64,000 nt of DNA, taken from positions 14,759 to 78,758 of IMG/VR virus record IMGVR_UViG_2865671049_000004, one strand, 5' to 3'. The notes under the pieces are model-generated. The model saw nothing but the letters and a program-made list of their open reading frames with translations. It ran no database searches and was not told where the DNA came from. Numbering within the stretch: position 1 is the stretch's first letter; each line of letters begins with the position of its first letter. Made by a program: the position numbers and the translations under genes. Positions 32,946 to 43,096 of this stretch are shown here, piece by piece. Origin of the DNA: a virus (Duplodnaviria; Caudoviricetes).

Positions 32946-33392
32946 GTGGCCGACATCGCCTTCGTCGTAGCCCTCGGTCGCCAGGCCTACTACGCGTCCC
33001 TGCCCGCCGCCAACGACGCCCTCATCGCTGTACCCATCGAAACCAGCGGCATCGTTGCCGACGCCACCATGCGCGACTACGCCGACCTCGCCACCCTCCT
33101 CGCCGGCGCCAGCAACGAGCAGACGACTCTCGGCCGCAAGACGCTGGCCAGTGTCACCGTCACCGTTGACACCGCCAACGACCGCGTCGCCCTCGACTGC
33201 GCAGACATCACCTGGACCGCCACCGCCGGCAACGCCATCAGTGCAGTCCTCATCTGCTACGACCCCGACACCACCGGCGGCACCGACGCCGACATCATCC
33301 CCCTCACCAAGCACGGCGTGACCATGACCCCGGACGGCAACGACTTCACCCTCACCGTCGCCGACTTCTGCCGGATCACCTCGGCGGCCTGA
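32946..33392 (+). CDS. Probable virion structural protein (beta-rich)
   Basis: RKTLASVTVTVDTANDRVALDCADITWTA..GNAISAVLICYD; first gene of the late region. Confidence 0.65.
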   Translation: MADIAFVVALGRQAYYASLPAANDALIAVPIETSGIVADATMRDYADLATLLAGASNEQTTLGRKTLASVTVTVDTANDRVALDCADITWTATAGNAISAVLICYDPDTTGGTDADIIPLTKHGVTMTPDGNDFTLTVADFCRITSAA

Positions 33393-33411
33393 GCCACCGC
33401 CAGGAGCCCCC

Positions 33412-34920
33412 ATGACCGGCATCTCGGCCCTGGTCGACAACTTCAACGACAACACCGTCAACGGCACCCTATGGCCCGGCAACTACGGCACCTACCAGGA
33501 AACCGGCGGCCGGGCCCGCGTCGCCTGCGACACCGGCTTCAACGCCTACAAGTCCGGAACGATCTACACACTGACCGGCTCGTCCGTGTTCCTGCAGGTC
33601 TTCCCGCCAGCCGCGACGGGAGCCGCCACCTCCACCTGCACCATGTTCCTCACCACCACGACCGCGGGCACCGACGCAGGCTTCCTCATCGACACCGCCG
33701 GCAACGCCATGGGCATCTATCTGCGCTCCGGGTTCGCCGACGCCGGCGCGGTGTTCCTCACCTACAGTGCGACCGACCACGCGTGGCTGCGGCTCCGCGA
33801 AGCCGCGGGGTCGCTGTACTGGGAGACCAGTCCGAACGGTACGACCTGGACGGTCCAGCGGACCGCCGCCACCCCAGCCTGGGCCACGGACACGACGCTC
33901 AGCCTGTTCATGGACTCCCACCGCGACGCGGGCACCAACAACTGGGCCGAATACGACAACCTCAACTCGTTGCCAGTCACCACCATCGCCCTCGGCCCGG
34001 CAGCTTCCGTGTCCACTGCCCAGCCCCTTGTGGCGCGGCGCAGCACCACCCTCGGTGTCGCCACCGTCACCACCACGGCGCAGCACCCCGCCGCGGCCAA
34101 GACCCGAACCGCAGGCATCGCGGGCAGCACCGCCACCGTCCAGCCGTCGGCCGGCGCGAAAACCGGGCACCTCGGCCAAGCCGCCGCCAGCACCAGCGCA
34201 GCCACCCTCCCCGGCACCAAGCAGGCCTCGGCCACCCCCGCCGGAACGGCCAGCACCGCCCAGGCCACCACCAGCGCCAAGGCCCGCCAGCTCGGCCAAG
34301 CCGGCACCACCGCGACCCCGCGCACCCTGGCCGGCGCCAAGACCGCGCCCGTAGGCACCACGGCGGCAGTCGCCACCCCGCTCGCCTTCACCCCACGCCG
34401 TTCCGCGCCCCTCAACCCGGCCGGCACCAGCAGCACCGCCCAACCTGCCCCCGGCTACAAGCAGCGCACCCTCACCCCCGCCGGCGAGACCGCCACCTCC
34501 CGAACCCTCGCACCACCCGCACCACCCACCCACGCCATCCACCTCCAACTCACCGGCCCGCCCACCACCGCCTGGGCCACCCACGGCACCACCACCCCCT
34601 GGACCTGCACCGGAAGGACCGCCCCCGTGGACGCCCTCAGCACGGAGTACTACGAAGTCGGCGTCACCTGGGACCGCGGCACTCCCACCGCCCTCGACGT
34701 CCAGATCGCCATCATCCCCGTCGGCCACGAACCCGCCCTTGCGGACTGGCACCCCGCCCAGTGGGACACCACCAGCACCGGCACCACCGTCGCCAAGCTC
34801 CTCGTCGGCCCCGACGGCGGCGCCCTCGCCCCCACCCCCGGCCGCTACCGCGCCTGGGTGAACGTGGCCGCCACACCCGAACACCCCGTGCTCTCCACCG
34901 CCCCCTTCGACATCACCTGA
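33412..34920 (+). CDS. Probable virion minor/decoration protein with about nine 20-aa Thr/Ala-rich repeats
   Basis: N-terminal beta domain LVDNFNDN; repeats LGxAxxxxTAQxxxxxKxxx; C-terminal beta domain with internal RBS+GTG near 34627. Confidence 0.65.
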   Translation: MTGISALVDNFNDNTVNGTLWPGNYGTYQETGGRARVACDTGFNAYKSGTIYTLTGSSVFLQVFPPAATGAATSTCTMFLTTTTAGTDAGFLIDTAGNAMGIYLRSGFADAGAVFLTYSATDHAWLRLREAAGSLYWETSPNGTTWTVQRTAATPAWATDTTLSLFMDSHRDAGTNNWAEYDNLNSLPVTTIALGPAASVSTAQPLVARRSTTLGVATVTTTAQHPAAAKTRTAGIAGSTATVQPSAGAKTGHLGQAAASTSAATLPGTKQASATPAGTASTAQATTSAKARQLGQAGTTATPRTLAGAKTAPVGTTAAVATPLAFTPRRSAPLNPAGTSSTAQPAPGYKQRTLTPAGETATSRTLAPPAPPTHAIHLQLTGPPTTAWATHGTTTPWTCTGRTAPVDALSTEYYEVGVTWDRGTPTALDVQIAIIPVGHEPALADWHPAQWDTTSTGTTVAKLLVGPDGGALAPTPGRYRAWVNVAATPEHPVLSTAPFDIT

Positions 34921-34979
34921 CCGTTCGCAACCCCGCAGCCTCCCCGGGCGATCATCCAAGTCGACCCGAGGAGGACCCC

Positions 34980-35444
34980 ATGTCCGACGTCAACCGCTGG
35001 GAGAAGGTCGGCGTGTCCCTGCGCCGAGCCTCCCTCGTCAAGGCCCGCATCGACGGCGTCTCCTTCGAAGAGATCGCCAACGACCCCCACTTCGGATACA
35101 AGGGCTCCGAGTCCGCCGCCCGCAAGGACTTCACCCGCGCCAAGCGCGCCGCGTCCCAGGCCGAGCAGGAGATGGCCGACACGTGGATCGAGCTGCAGGT
35201 CGACCGGCTGGAGCACTACCTGGCCGCGCTCGCCCCGCGGGTCGACAGGGGTGAGCCGCGGGCGATCGAGGTGGCGATCGCCGCGTGCAAGGAGATCGCG
35301 AAGCTGCGGGGCATCAACGCTGCGATCAAGGTCGATGCGACGGTCACCGAGACGACGTCCGTGGACCTCGAACTCCGCGACATGATCAACGAGGCGAAGG
35401 CGCGCGTCGCCGCCGAAGAAGCCGCCCTGCGAGGCGAGCAGTGA
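34980..35444 (+). CDS. terS: Terminase small subunit
   Basis: HTH-like RIDGVSFEEIA; LQVDRLEHY; IAKLRGINA; position upstream of terL. Confidence 0.7.
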   Translation: MSDVNRWEKVGVSLRRASLVKARIDGVSFEEIANDPHFGYKGSESAARKDFTRAKRAASQAEQEMADTWIELQVDRLEHYLAALAPRVDRGEPRAIEVAIAACKEIAKLRGINAAIKVDATVTETTSVDLELRDMINEAKARVAAEEAALRGEQ

Positions 35445-35905
35445 CCGAGACCCACTACTACCTGGAGTCCCTCGTCCCGTCATGGCTCGCCGCCGACCCC
35501 GGGTACGTCGCGGCGCTCGGCGAACACCTGGCCGCCCGCATGGAACTTCAGGGCTACGAGGTCACCTCCGGGCCCGTCGTGGTGCCCGCCCACACGGAAG
35601 CGCGCGTCCCGGTCGGCATGACCCTCGTCCGCGCCGAGATCGGCGTCGAGGAGTTCGACCTCGACATGGACGACGACGCGTCCCGCCCGGCCGGCCCATG
35701 GCTCGCCTGGCAGCAGGACGACTTCACCGTGCACAGCGTCCCCCTGGACGACCTCATCGTCCACGACTTCACCGACGACTGCCCGTGCGGCCCCGACCAG
35801 ATCCCCATCCCCCGAGTCGACGGCGCTCAAGGCTGGATCGTGCGGCACCACTCCCTCGACGGCCGCGAGCAGCACGAGGCGTCGCCGGGCCCGTCAGGGG
35901 GGTAG
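35441..35905 (+). CDS. Hypothetical protein between the terminase subunits
   Basis: HSVPLDDLIVHD..DCPCGP...HHSLDGRE motif. Confidence 0.65.
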   Translation: MTETHYYLESLVPSWLAADPGYVAALGEHLAARMELQGYEVTSGPVVVPAHTEARVPVGMTLVRAEIGVEEFDLDMDDDASRPAGPWLAWQQDDFTVHSVPLDDLIVHDFTDDCPCGPDQIPIPRVDGAQGWIVRHHSLDGREQHEASPGPSGG

Positions 35906-35908
35906 CGC

Positions 35909-37468
35909 ATGCTCGACACCATCACCGAGCCCCTGGACTCCTACCTTGCCGGCGTCGACGCCGAGGCCTTCAACCTCGACCGGTTCCTCGACCAGTACGT
36001 CCCCGACTCCAGGGTCCTGGACGACGCCGAAGGCCGGCGCGCCCTCACCCGCCTCAACCCGCTCCTCTTCGGTCTCGTCTACCTGCGCCACCACCTCACC
36101 GATGCCGAGGGGACTGTGAGTTTCGGCGACGCCCACCTGGACTGGGTGCGCGCCGCTCGACGCTGGATCCGCCCGCCGACCAGACCGGCTGAGCAGCGTG
36201 ACGCCTACATCGCGCCGCGCTCCACCGGGAAGTCCACGATGTGGTTCCTCGTCCTGCCGATGTGGGCCGCCGCGCACGGCTTCGTGAAGTTCATCGCGGC
36301 GTTCTCCGCGTCCGCCGCGCAGGCCGAGGCGCACCTGTCGACGTTCAAGCTGGAGCTCGACAACAACGCGCGCCTGCGGGAGGACTACCCGGACCTGTGC
36401 GCGCCGGCGAAGCGCCCCAACGGCGGGAACGTCGCGGACACGCAGCGGATGTACGTCGCCGCGTCCCAGTTCGCGTTCGCCGCCCGCGGTATGGACTCCT
36501 CCAGCCTCGGCATGAAGGTCGGCTCGCACCGGCCCGACCTGCTGTTGCTCGACGATGTCGAGCCGGATGAGTCGTCATATTCGGCTGACCAGGCAGGCAA
36601 GCGCCTCACGACGCTGAAGGACGCCATCCTGCCGCTCAACATCTACGCGCGGGTCGTGCTGGTCGGAACGGTTACGATGCCAAACAGCATCGTGCACCAA
36701 CTTGTCAAGCACGGCCGCGGCGTGGAGACCGCCGAGTGGATCCGCGACGAGAACTTCCGGGCGCACTACTCGGCGCCGATCATCCGCGCCGACGACGGTG
36801 CTGAGCGCAGCATGTGGCCCGCCAAGTGGCCGCTCGCCTACCTGAAGTCCATCGAACACACCAGGTCCTACGCCAAGAACATGGCCAACGACCCGATGGG
36901 TGCCGACGGCGACTACTGGTGCGCCGAGGACTTCCGCTACGGCACCGAACCCGCCACGCACATGATGCTCAGCATCGACCCCGCCGTCACAGCGAAGGCC
37001 ACGTCCGACTACACCGGGCTGGGCGTCGTCTCCTGGTCCGCCCGGACGAAGTCCTGCACCGTGCACGCCGCGATCCCCGTCCGGATCCCGCCTGGCGCGA
37101 AGCTCCGCGAGCGGGTCCTCGCAGTCCTCGACGAGTTCCCGGAGATCGGCCTGATCGTCATCGAGACGAACCAGGGCGGCGACGCATGGGCGGCGATCCT
37201 GCACAGCATGCCCGTCAAGGTGAAGACCCTGCACCAGCGGGAGCCGAAGGAAGTGCGGGCCGCCCGGGTCCTCAACCACTACCAGCGCGGCCGGGTCCTG
37301 CACGCCAAGCCCCTGCGGGACCTGGAGGAGCAGATGGTTGCGTTCCCGAAGGCACCGCACGACGACCTCGTCGACTGCGTCGGTTCGGCGATCAGCAGGT
37401 TCCTCGACCCGCCGAAGCGGCCCGCGCCGGCGTCGGCGTCGAAGCAGTCATACGTCGGGCGCCGCTGA
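35909..37468 (+). CDS. terL: Terminase large subunit
   Basis: Walker A APRSTGKST; Walker B LLLLDDVE; nuclease SIDPA, IETNQGG, HDDLVD. Confidence 0.92.
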   Translation: MLDTITEPLDSYLAGVDAEAFNLDRFLDQYVPDSRVLDDAEGRRALTRLNPLLFGLVYLRHHLTDAEGTVSFGDAHLDWVRAARRWIRPPTRPAEQRDAYIAPRSTGKSTMWFLVLPMWAAAHGFVKFIAAFSASAAQAEAHLSTFKLELDNNARLREDYPDLCAPAKRPNGGNVADTQRMYVAASQFAFAARGMDSSSLGMKVGSHRPDLLLLDDVEPDESSYSADQAGKRLTTLKDAILPLNIYARVVLVGTVTMPNSIVHQLVKHGRGVETAEWIRDENFRAHYSAPIIRADDGAERSMWPAKWPLAYLKSIEHTRSYAKNMANDPMGADGDYWCAEDFRYGTEPATHMMLSIDPAVTAKATSDYTGLGVVSWSARTKSCTVHAAIPVRIPPGAKLRERVLAVLDEFPEIGLIVIETNQGGDAWAAILHSMPVKVKTLHQREPKEVRAARVLNHYQRGRVLHAKPLRDLEEQMVAFPKAPHDDLVDCVGSAISRFLDPPKRPAPASASKQSYVGRR

Positions 37469-37528
37469 GCGTCGCAGCATGTGGGCCGCCCCCTCCTATG
37501 GTGATCGCGAATCGACTTGGAGGACGCG

Positions 37529-39112
37529 GTGACGGCAAGCGACGACCTGTGGGTGGGCCTCGAAGCCCTTCGTAAGGCGAGGCCTGCCTACGTCCAGGCC
37601 GCCGCCTACTACGACGACGACGTGCCGGAGGTCTTCGCATCGGCCCGGTTCCGGCGGGCCCTGCAGCGGACCGGCATGGAGTTCGGGAAGCCCTTCATCG
37701 CGATGGTCGTCGACGCCGTCGTCTCCCGACTGAAGATCGCTGCTGTCACCAGCCCGCACAAGGACCAGGCCGAAGCCCTCAAGCAGGTGTGGAAGGCCAA
37801 CAAGATGCGGCGCGAGTCCCTCCAAGTGCACCGATGGGTGTCGATCTACGGCGACGCCTACCTCATTGTCCTGCCCGTACTCGACGACGCCGGCAACATC
37901 ACCGGCGTCGACATGTTCGGCAACGACCCTCTGACGGTCCGCACCATCTACGACGCCGAGAACCCCCGCGAGGCGGCATTCACGATCAAGAGGTGGTGCG
38001 AACCCGTCGGCCTCGACCGGACCGTCCACCGAGCCGAGCTCTACTACCCCGACGGCCGGGCGGAACGCTGGACAACGAAGGTCGACTCCGCCGGGACCGT
38101 CCCCGGGGACTGGAATCCGTGGCTGCCGGACCCGATCGTCGAGGCCGACGGAACCGTCATCGAGCCCGACGACGATGCCTGGATCATGCAGGCCGCACCC
38201 GGCTTGCCCGTCTTCCACTTCCGCAATGACCAGCCGTACGGCGTTCCGGAGCACCGCCGCGGCTACGGCTCGCAGAACAGCGTCAACAAGCTCGACAACA
38301 CGCATATGGGGACGGTCGACTACCAGGGCTGGCCGCAGCGGTACGCCCTCACGGACACCGCCACCACTGACACGGGCGACCTCGAACCCAGCGACTTCGA
38401 CGACGACATGTTCCCGCCTGACCCGGACGCCGGCCCCACCGACACCGGCGACGATTCGTCCCTGAAGGGCGGCCCCGGCGAGGTCATGCTCCTGCGCGGT
38501 TTCAAGCAGGTGGGTCAGTTCGATGCCGCAGACCCCAAGGTGTTCCTCGGTCCGATCGAGTTCAGCGTCCGCGCGATGGGTGTCCTCACCACCACCCCTC
38601 TTCACCTGTTCGACCCGTCTGGCGAACAGCCGTCCGGGCAGTCCCTGCGCGCGCAGGACGCCCCGTTCACGGAGAAGATCGAGGAGCGGCAGGAGGAGTA
38701 CACCGACACCTGGGACGAGAGCTACTCCTTCGCGCTCACGCTCCTCGGCTTCGCCGAGCCGTCCGTCGACGTCCGCTGGCACGCCGCGCAGACCCTCGAC
38801 GACAAGGAGTCCTGGGACACGGCGAAGGTCAAGTCCGACCTGGGTGTGCCCCTGCGGCAGATCCACCTGGAAGCCGGGTACGGCGAGGACCAGGTGCAAT
38901 CGTGGCTGGAGTCCCAGACCGACGACCCAGGCGAACTGTCCCGCCACCTCGCGGACCTGGCGACACTGTCCGAGTCGCTGCAGCGCATCGGCACCGCGGT
39001 CACCCTCGGCGCCATCGATCAGGGGCAGGCGCAGGCCCTGATCGAACCGATCCTCAAGGCGTTGACCGCGAAGTCGCCGCTGCCCATCGAGCCGGCCCCT
39101 GAGGGCCAGTGA
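37529..39112 (+). CDS. Portal protein
   Basis: YYDDD..; MVVDAVVSRL; IYGDAYLIV; WPQRYA; SGQSLR; position after terL. Confidence 0.9.
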   Translation: MTASDDLWVGLEALRKARPAYVQAAAYYDDDVPEVFASARFRRALQRTGMEFGKPFIAMVVDAVVSRLKIAAVTSPHKDQAEALKQVWKANKMRRESLQVHRWVSIYGDAYLIVLPVLDDAGNITGVDMFGNDPLTVRTIYDAENPREAAFTIKRWCEPVGLDRTVHRAELYYPDGRAERWTTKVDSAGTVPGDWNPWLPDPIVEADGTVIEPDDDAWIMQAAPGLPVFHFRNDQPYGVPEHRRGYGSQNSVNKLDNTHMGTVDYQGWPQRYALTDTATTDTGDLEPSDFDDDMFPPDPDAGPTDTGDDSSLKGGPGEVMLLRGFKQVGQFDAADPKVFLGPIEFSVRAMGVLTTTPLHLFDPSGEQPSGQSLRAQDAPFTEKIEERQEEYTDTWDESYSFALTLLGFAEPSVDVRWHAAQTLDDKESWDTAKVKSDLGVPLRQIHLEAGYGEDQVQSWLESQTDDPGELSRHLADLATLSESLQRIGTAVTLGAIDQGQAQALIEPILKALTAKSPLPIEPAPEGQ

Positions 39113-40122
39113 GCACCGCCGTCGAGGACCTTGCGGCCCTGGTGCAGGAGCAACAGGGCGACGAGGTCGCGGACTTCGACCAGCAGGTGCAGGATGCCGC
39201 TGTTGGTGACGCGGACGAGCGCATGGGCGGGGTGCTCGCCGCTGCGGCAGCACTTTGGGCCTCGGCGTTCGGCAGTACCACCGCGGTCGGCGTGGGTGCC
39301 GATCTGGCGCGGCTGCTGCGGACCGTCGGTGAGCAGGTCGGGAAGGCGCTCGCGGGCCTCGGCGAGCGGGCTCGGCAGGCCGTTCTCGAAGCGCTGCCCA
39401 GGGCGCTCGCTCTCGGCGTCGACCATGCCCGCCAGTTCGCCGCCGCAGCTGGCCACCACATCCGAACCGGCACCAGCAACGCCGGCCGCGTGCCGGCCAC
39501 CCTGTCGAAGGAAGCACGGCGGATCGTGACAGCCGTGGAGCAGCAACTCGCCCAGGCCGGCGCCCTGCTGTCCGCAGACCCCGATCGCTTCTCCGGCGTC
39601 GCGGCTGCCGTGCAGGTTGCCCGGGCCGCAGTCTCCAGGGTGCGGGCCGCCGTGTCGTGGCTGGTGCAGCGCACCATCACCGCGGGAACCGATGCGGAGG
39701 CGCAGCGCCTCGACGTGAGCCGGGTGTGGGTCGCCGAGCTGGACGCGTGCGTGCGGTGCGCCGCCTACTCGGGGCAGGTCGCGAAGCCCGGTGAGGACTT
39801 CGAAGGCGGCCGGTCCTTCGACCCGCAGCAGCGCGACCCATCAGCAGCCCCGGTCGCGGGGCCTCCGTTGCACCCGCACTGCCGGTGCCGGACCGTCCCA
39901 TGGTCACCGTCGTGGCACCGCCTCGGCCGGTCCCTGCCGAAGCATCTGGAGAAGCAGGCTGCGGTGTCCATTGCCGAGGGCCTCGCTCTGCCGTCCGAAT
40001 CCGGAGCCGCCCGGATTCGGGCGGCCAGGACCCTCCTCGCGTCCGGGCGCCGCCTGCCGGCCCGGGCCGCGGCGAAGGCCCGGCGGGCCCTGCGCGAGGG
40101 CCGTTTCGACCGCACCCGCTGA
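39109..40122 (+). CDS. Phage minor head / MuF-like morphogenesis protein
   Basis: WVAELDACVRCAAYSG...PPLHPHCRC. Confidence 0.85.
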   Translation: MSTAVEDLAALVQEQQGDEVADFDQQVQDAAVGDADERMGGVLAAAAALWASAFGSTTAVGVGADLARLLRTVGEQVGKALAGLGERARQAVLEALPRALALGVDHARQFAAAAGHHIRTGTSNAGRVPATLSKEARRIVTAVEQQLAQAGALLSADPDRFSGVAAAVQVARAAVSRVRAAVSWLVQRTITAGTDAEAQRLDVSRVWVAELDACVRCAAYSGQVAKPGEDFEGGRSFDPQQRDPSAAPVAGPPLHPHCRCRTVPWSPSWHRLGRSLPKHLEKQAAVSIAEGLALPSESGAARIRAARTLLASGRRLPARAAAKARRALREGRFDRTR

Positions 40123-40195
40123 TCACAGTCCTGCCAGAAGGCGGCGTTACGGTCGCCGCCAGTAGCCGACGAGCCCCCGCGATGGGAGACACCCC

Positions 40196-40801
40196 GTGGA
40201 AACCGACACCAACGACGTCGAGATGGACGAGACCGTCGAGGACGACGACCTCGAAGCGGACATCGAGGAGAGCGACGACGTCGAGGAGCAGAGCGAAGCC
40301 AAGCCCGCGCCGAAGAAGGAACCGGCGAAGGAGGACCCGGAGCTCGCCCGGCTCCGTGCCGCCCTCAAGAAGAGCAACGAGGACGCGAAGCGGCACCGAC
40401 TCGCCCTGAAGGAACGCGAGGAGAAGGACCGGGCGTCCGAGGGCGACCACGAGCGGGCGATCCGGGAGGCCCGCGAGGAAGCCGAGACCCGTTGGAAGCC
40501 CCGCATCGTCAACCAGGCCGCCCGGGCCGCGCTCGCCGAGGCCGGCGTTGCCGGCGGGCCGGATCGTGTCCTGCGGCTGCTGGACCTCGACGCCCTGTCC
40601 GTCGACGACGACGGCGACGTGGTCGGGCTCGTCACCGAGGTCGACCGCCTGCGGGCCGACTACCCGGAGTTCTTCACGAAGACAGAGGCGGAACGCCCCC
40701 GCCCGAAGGCCAGGCCGACCGGAGCACCGAAGCCCCCCGCGCCGGCCAAGCCGAAGAGCAGTTGGGAGCAGCACGCCGAGCGGGTGTTGAACGGCAACTG
40801 A
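40196..40801 (+). CDS. Capsid scaffolding protein
   Basis: Acidic N-terminus, LKKSNEDAKRHRL coiled coil, YPEFF; upstream of the capsid gene. Confidence 0.85.
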   Translation: METDTNDVEMDETVEDDDLEADIEESDDVEEQSEAKPAPKKEPAKEDPELARLRAALKKSNEDAKRHRLALKEREEKDRASEGDHERAIREAREEAETRWKPRIVNQAARAALAEAGVAGGPDRVLRLLDLDALSVDDDGDVVGLVTEVDRLRADYPEFFTKTEAERPRPKARPTGAPKPPAPAKPKSSWEQHAERVLNGN

Positions 40802-40919
40802 GCATCCGCCATACCGTTTGATCACGCCACCCGGTGATCGGGAGGCCACCTGTTCGAGGCGCCCGTGATGGGGCCCGAGCCCACCAGCTCCGCCCCATCA
40901 CCCGCCCCAGGAGGGCCCC

Positions 40920-41825
40920 GTGGCACGCAACACGTTCGAAGCTTGGATCCCGGAAGAGTACGACTCCAAGGTCATCACCCGCATCACCCAGACGTCCGCG
41001 GTCGAGGCCCTCGCCTCCCGCGTCCCCATGGGCTCCGACACCCGCCACACGCCGCGCTCAGCTGGCATGGGCGTCGACGTCATCGACAAGGGGTCCGCCT
41101 ACGGCGAGGACACCAGCCTCAACGACGAGGTCATCCTCTACGCCAAGAAGTTCGGCAAGGTCCTGCGCGTCGCCGAGGAGGACATCGACGACTCCCTGGC
41201 CAACATCCTCGCCACCAAGATGCAGGACTGGGCGATCTCCTACGCCAAGATCCTCGACAACGCGTGCCTCGCCGTCACCGCCGGTGTCGGCACCGGCGTG
41301 CCGTTCACATCGCTGTACAGCCTCCTGCACACCACCGACGCGACGCTCAGCTACACCGCCGACGACAACATCGTCACCGCGGCATCCGGCGGGGCGACCT
41401 ACACGGACTACTCGAACGCCATCGGCAAGGTCGAGGCCGGCGACTACTACGACCCGAGCACGCTCCTCGCCATCGCGCACCCGACGTTCAAGAAGTCCCT
41501 GCGGGGGATCGTCGACAGTCAGAGCAGGCCGATCTTCATCGAGGGTCTCGCGGGCACCCCGGACAGCATCTTCGGTGTGCAGATCCGCTGGTCGCTGGGC
41601 GCACGCACCTCCGCCACCGCGACCAGCGCCCCCACCGGCCGGCCCCTGATGGCGTTCGTGTCCACGGACATGATGCTCCTCGGCATCCGCTCCGGCCCGG
41701 AGTCCGTGTTCATCGACGGACGCGACGGCACGAGCGCCTTGACCGACGAGTCGCTGCTGAAGATGCGCGCCCGGCGCGGCTGGGCGTACGGCCACCCGGC
41801 CGGCGCCTCGATCCTCGTCGGCTAA
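40920..41825 (+). CDS. Major capsid protein (HK97 fold)
   Basis: WIPEEY..VI; AKKFGKVLRVAEEDIDDS; LRGIVDSQSRPIF; LLKMRARRGW. Confidence 0.92.
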   Translation: MARNTFEAWIPEEYDSKVITRITQTSAVEALASRVPMGSDTRHTPRSAGMGVDVIDKGSAYGEDTSLNDEVILYAKKFGKVLRVAEEDIDDSLANILATKMQDWAISYAKILDNACLAVTAGVGTGVPFTSLYSLLHTTDATLSYTADDNIVTAASGGATYTDYSNAIGKVEAGDYYDPSTLLAIAHPTFKKSLRGIVDSQSRPIFIEGLAGTPDSIFGVQIRWSLGARTSATATSAPTGRPLMAFVSTDMMLLGIRSGPESVFIDGRDGTSALTDESLLKMRARRGWAYGHPAGASILVG

Positions 41826-41831
41826 TCAGCT

Positions 41832-41864
41832 CCCCGCGCCGCCGAGGCTCGCGGCGGCGCGGGG
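41832..41864 (+). terminator. Hairpin after the capsid gene
   Basis: ccccgcgccgccg-aggctcg-cggcggcgcgggg. Confidence 0.7.
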
Positions 41865-41890
41865 CCACCACCCGGGGAAGGAGGGGCTTC

Positions 41891-42334
41891 GTGGTCGACG
41901 CATGGACCGACACCGCGACGACGCTGGCAATCACCGGCGTCGAGACGACCGATCAGCAGCTCCTCCAGGCGCAGGCCGACATCGAGATCTTCGCCGGCCG
42001 TATCTGGACCGACACGGCGCGGATCCGAACCAGGGACCTGTACTGGCTCGGCAGGGCGGTGGCGTTCCAGGCGGTGTGGGCGCAGGGCCAGCCGGGCCGT
42101 GAGACCCGGATGGATCTGACGTCGTCCACACAGGACGGGGTCTCGGCGAACCTCACCGGGGACGCAGTGGTGCTGGCGCCGATGGCAGCTCGGGCCGTCA
42201 ACCGGCTGTCGTGGCGCAGGTCCCGCACGGTTCACGTCCGCAGCCCGTTCATCGACGGCAGCAGCTACGGCAACCCCCTGCACGAGGCGAACGACGATCT
42301 TCGGCCGTGGACTCCGATGGGCCCCGGATGCTGA
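41891..42334 (+). CDS. Head-tail adaptor
   Basis: ITGVETTDQQL.QAQADIE..; WLGRAVAFQA; LAPMAARAVNRLSW; synteny. Confidence 0.75.
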   Translation: MVDAWTDTATTLAITGVETTDQQLLQAQADIEIFAGRIWTDTARIRTRDLYWLGRAVAFQAVWAQGQPGRETRMDLTSSTQDGVSANLTGDAVVLAPMAARAVNRLSWRRSRTVHVRSPFIDGSSYGNPLHEANDDLRPWTPMGPGC

Positions 42335-42666
42335 TCGCGACGACGTGGGTGACGGTGCTGCGAGGTGTCGCTACTGATCTATATGGAGATATTTCAGATT
42401 CCCCCACCGAGGCCGGTACGGACGCCCAAACGCACATCCCCGCCTCCCTGATCGAGGGCTCCCGCAGCAGCCGCACACCCGGCAGCGGCACCCCCCGCGT
42501 CGTCCGCTACACGGTCTGTCGGCTCCCCGCCGGCACGCAGGTCACCGAGGACGACCGGATCCGCGACGAGCGGACCGGCCGGATCTACTCCATCAGCGCC
42601 GTCACCCAGCCCGCGGCCGTCGGGATCACACCCGAGCTGCGACTGGACCTCACGCTCGTCAACTGA
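42328..42666 (+). CDS. Head closure (stopper) protein
   Basis: VTVLRG..DLYGD; CRLP.GT.VTEDDRIRDE.TG.IYSI; synteny. Confidence 0.75.
   Translation: MLIATTWVTVLRGVATDLYGDISDSPTEAGTDAQTHIPASLIEGSRSSRTPGSGTPRVVRYTVCRLPAGTQVTEDDRIRDERTGRIYSISAVTQPAAVGITPELRLDLTLVN
42353..42385 (+). promoter_or_regulatory. Candidate phage-specific late promoter, copy 1 (inside the stopper gene)
   Basis: CGGTGC-N6-GTGTCGCTACTGATCTATATG; 20/21 identical to 60273-60293; AT-rich codons atypical for the gene. Confidence 0.65.
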
Positions 42667-42736
42667 ACAGCACACGGCCACACGCCTGGGGAGACCGGGC
42701 GGCCACCACCCACCACGATCCGGAGAGGACGCGGCG

Positions 42737-43096
42737 ATGACGATCAGGCTTGACCCGAGCGCGGACGCGCACCTCGACGCCGCGCTGCACCGGGTCATGG
42801 AGCACCTCGGTCAGGACATCGCCGCCGACGCGCAGGCCACGGTCCGCGTCAACACCGGCCGCCTGAAGGCGAGCATCGTCGCGGAGGTGGAGGGGGTGAC
42901 CCTGCGGGTGTCCACGGACGTCCCCTACTGGCGGTACGTGGAGTACGGGACCGCCCCACACGTCATCCGGCCGACCACGAAGAAGGCCCTGTACTGGGAG
43001 GGCGCAGCGCACCCGGTGGCGATGGTCAACCACCCCGGAACTCCGGCGTTCCCGTTCCTGCGGCCCGCGCTGCTCAAGCCTCGGGAGCTGCGATGA
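42737..43096 (+). CDS. HK97 gp10-like neck/tail-completion protein
   Basis: VRVNTGRLKASI; YWRYVEYGT.PH; PFLRPAL. Confidence 0.85.
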   Translation: MTIRLDPSADAHLDAALHRVMEHLGQDIAADAQATVRVNTGRLKASIVAEVEGVTLRVSTDVPYWRYVEYGTAPHVIRPTTKKALYWEGAAHPVAMVNHPGTPAFPFLRPALLKPRELR

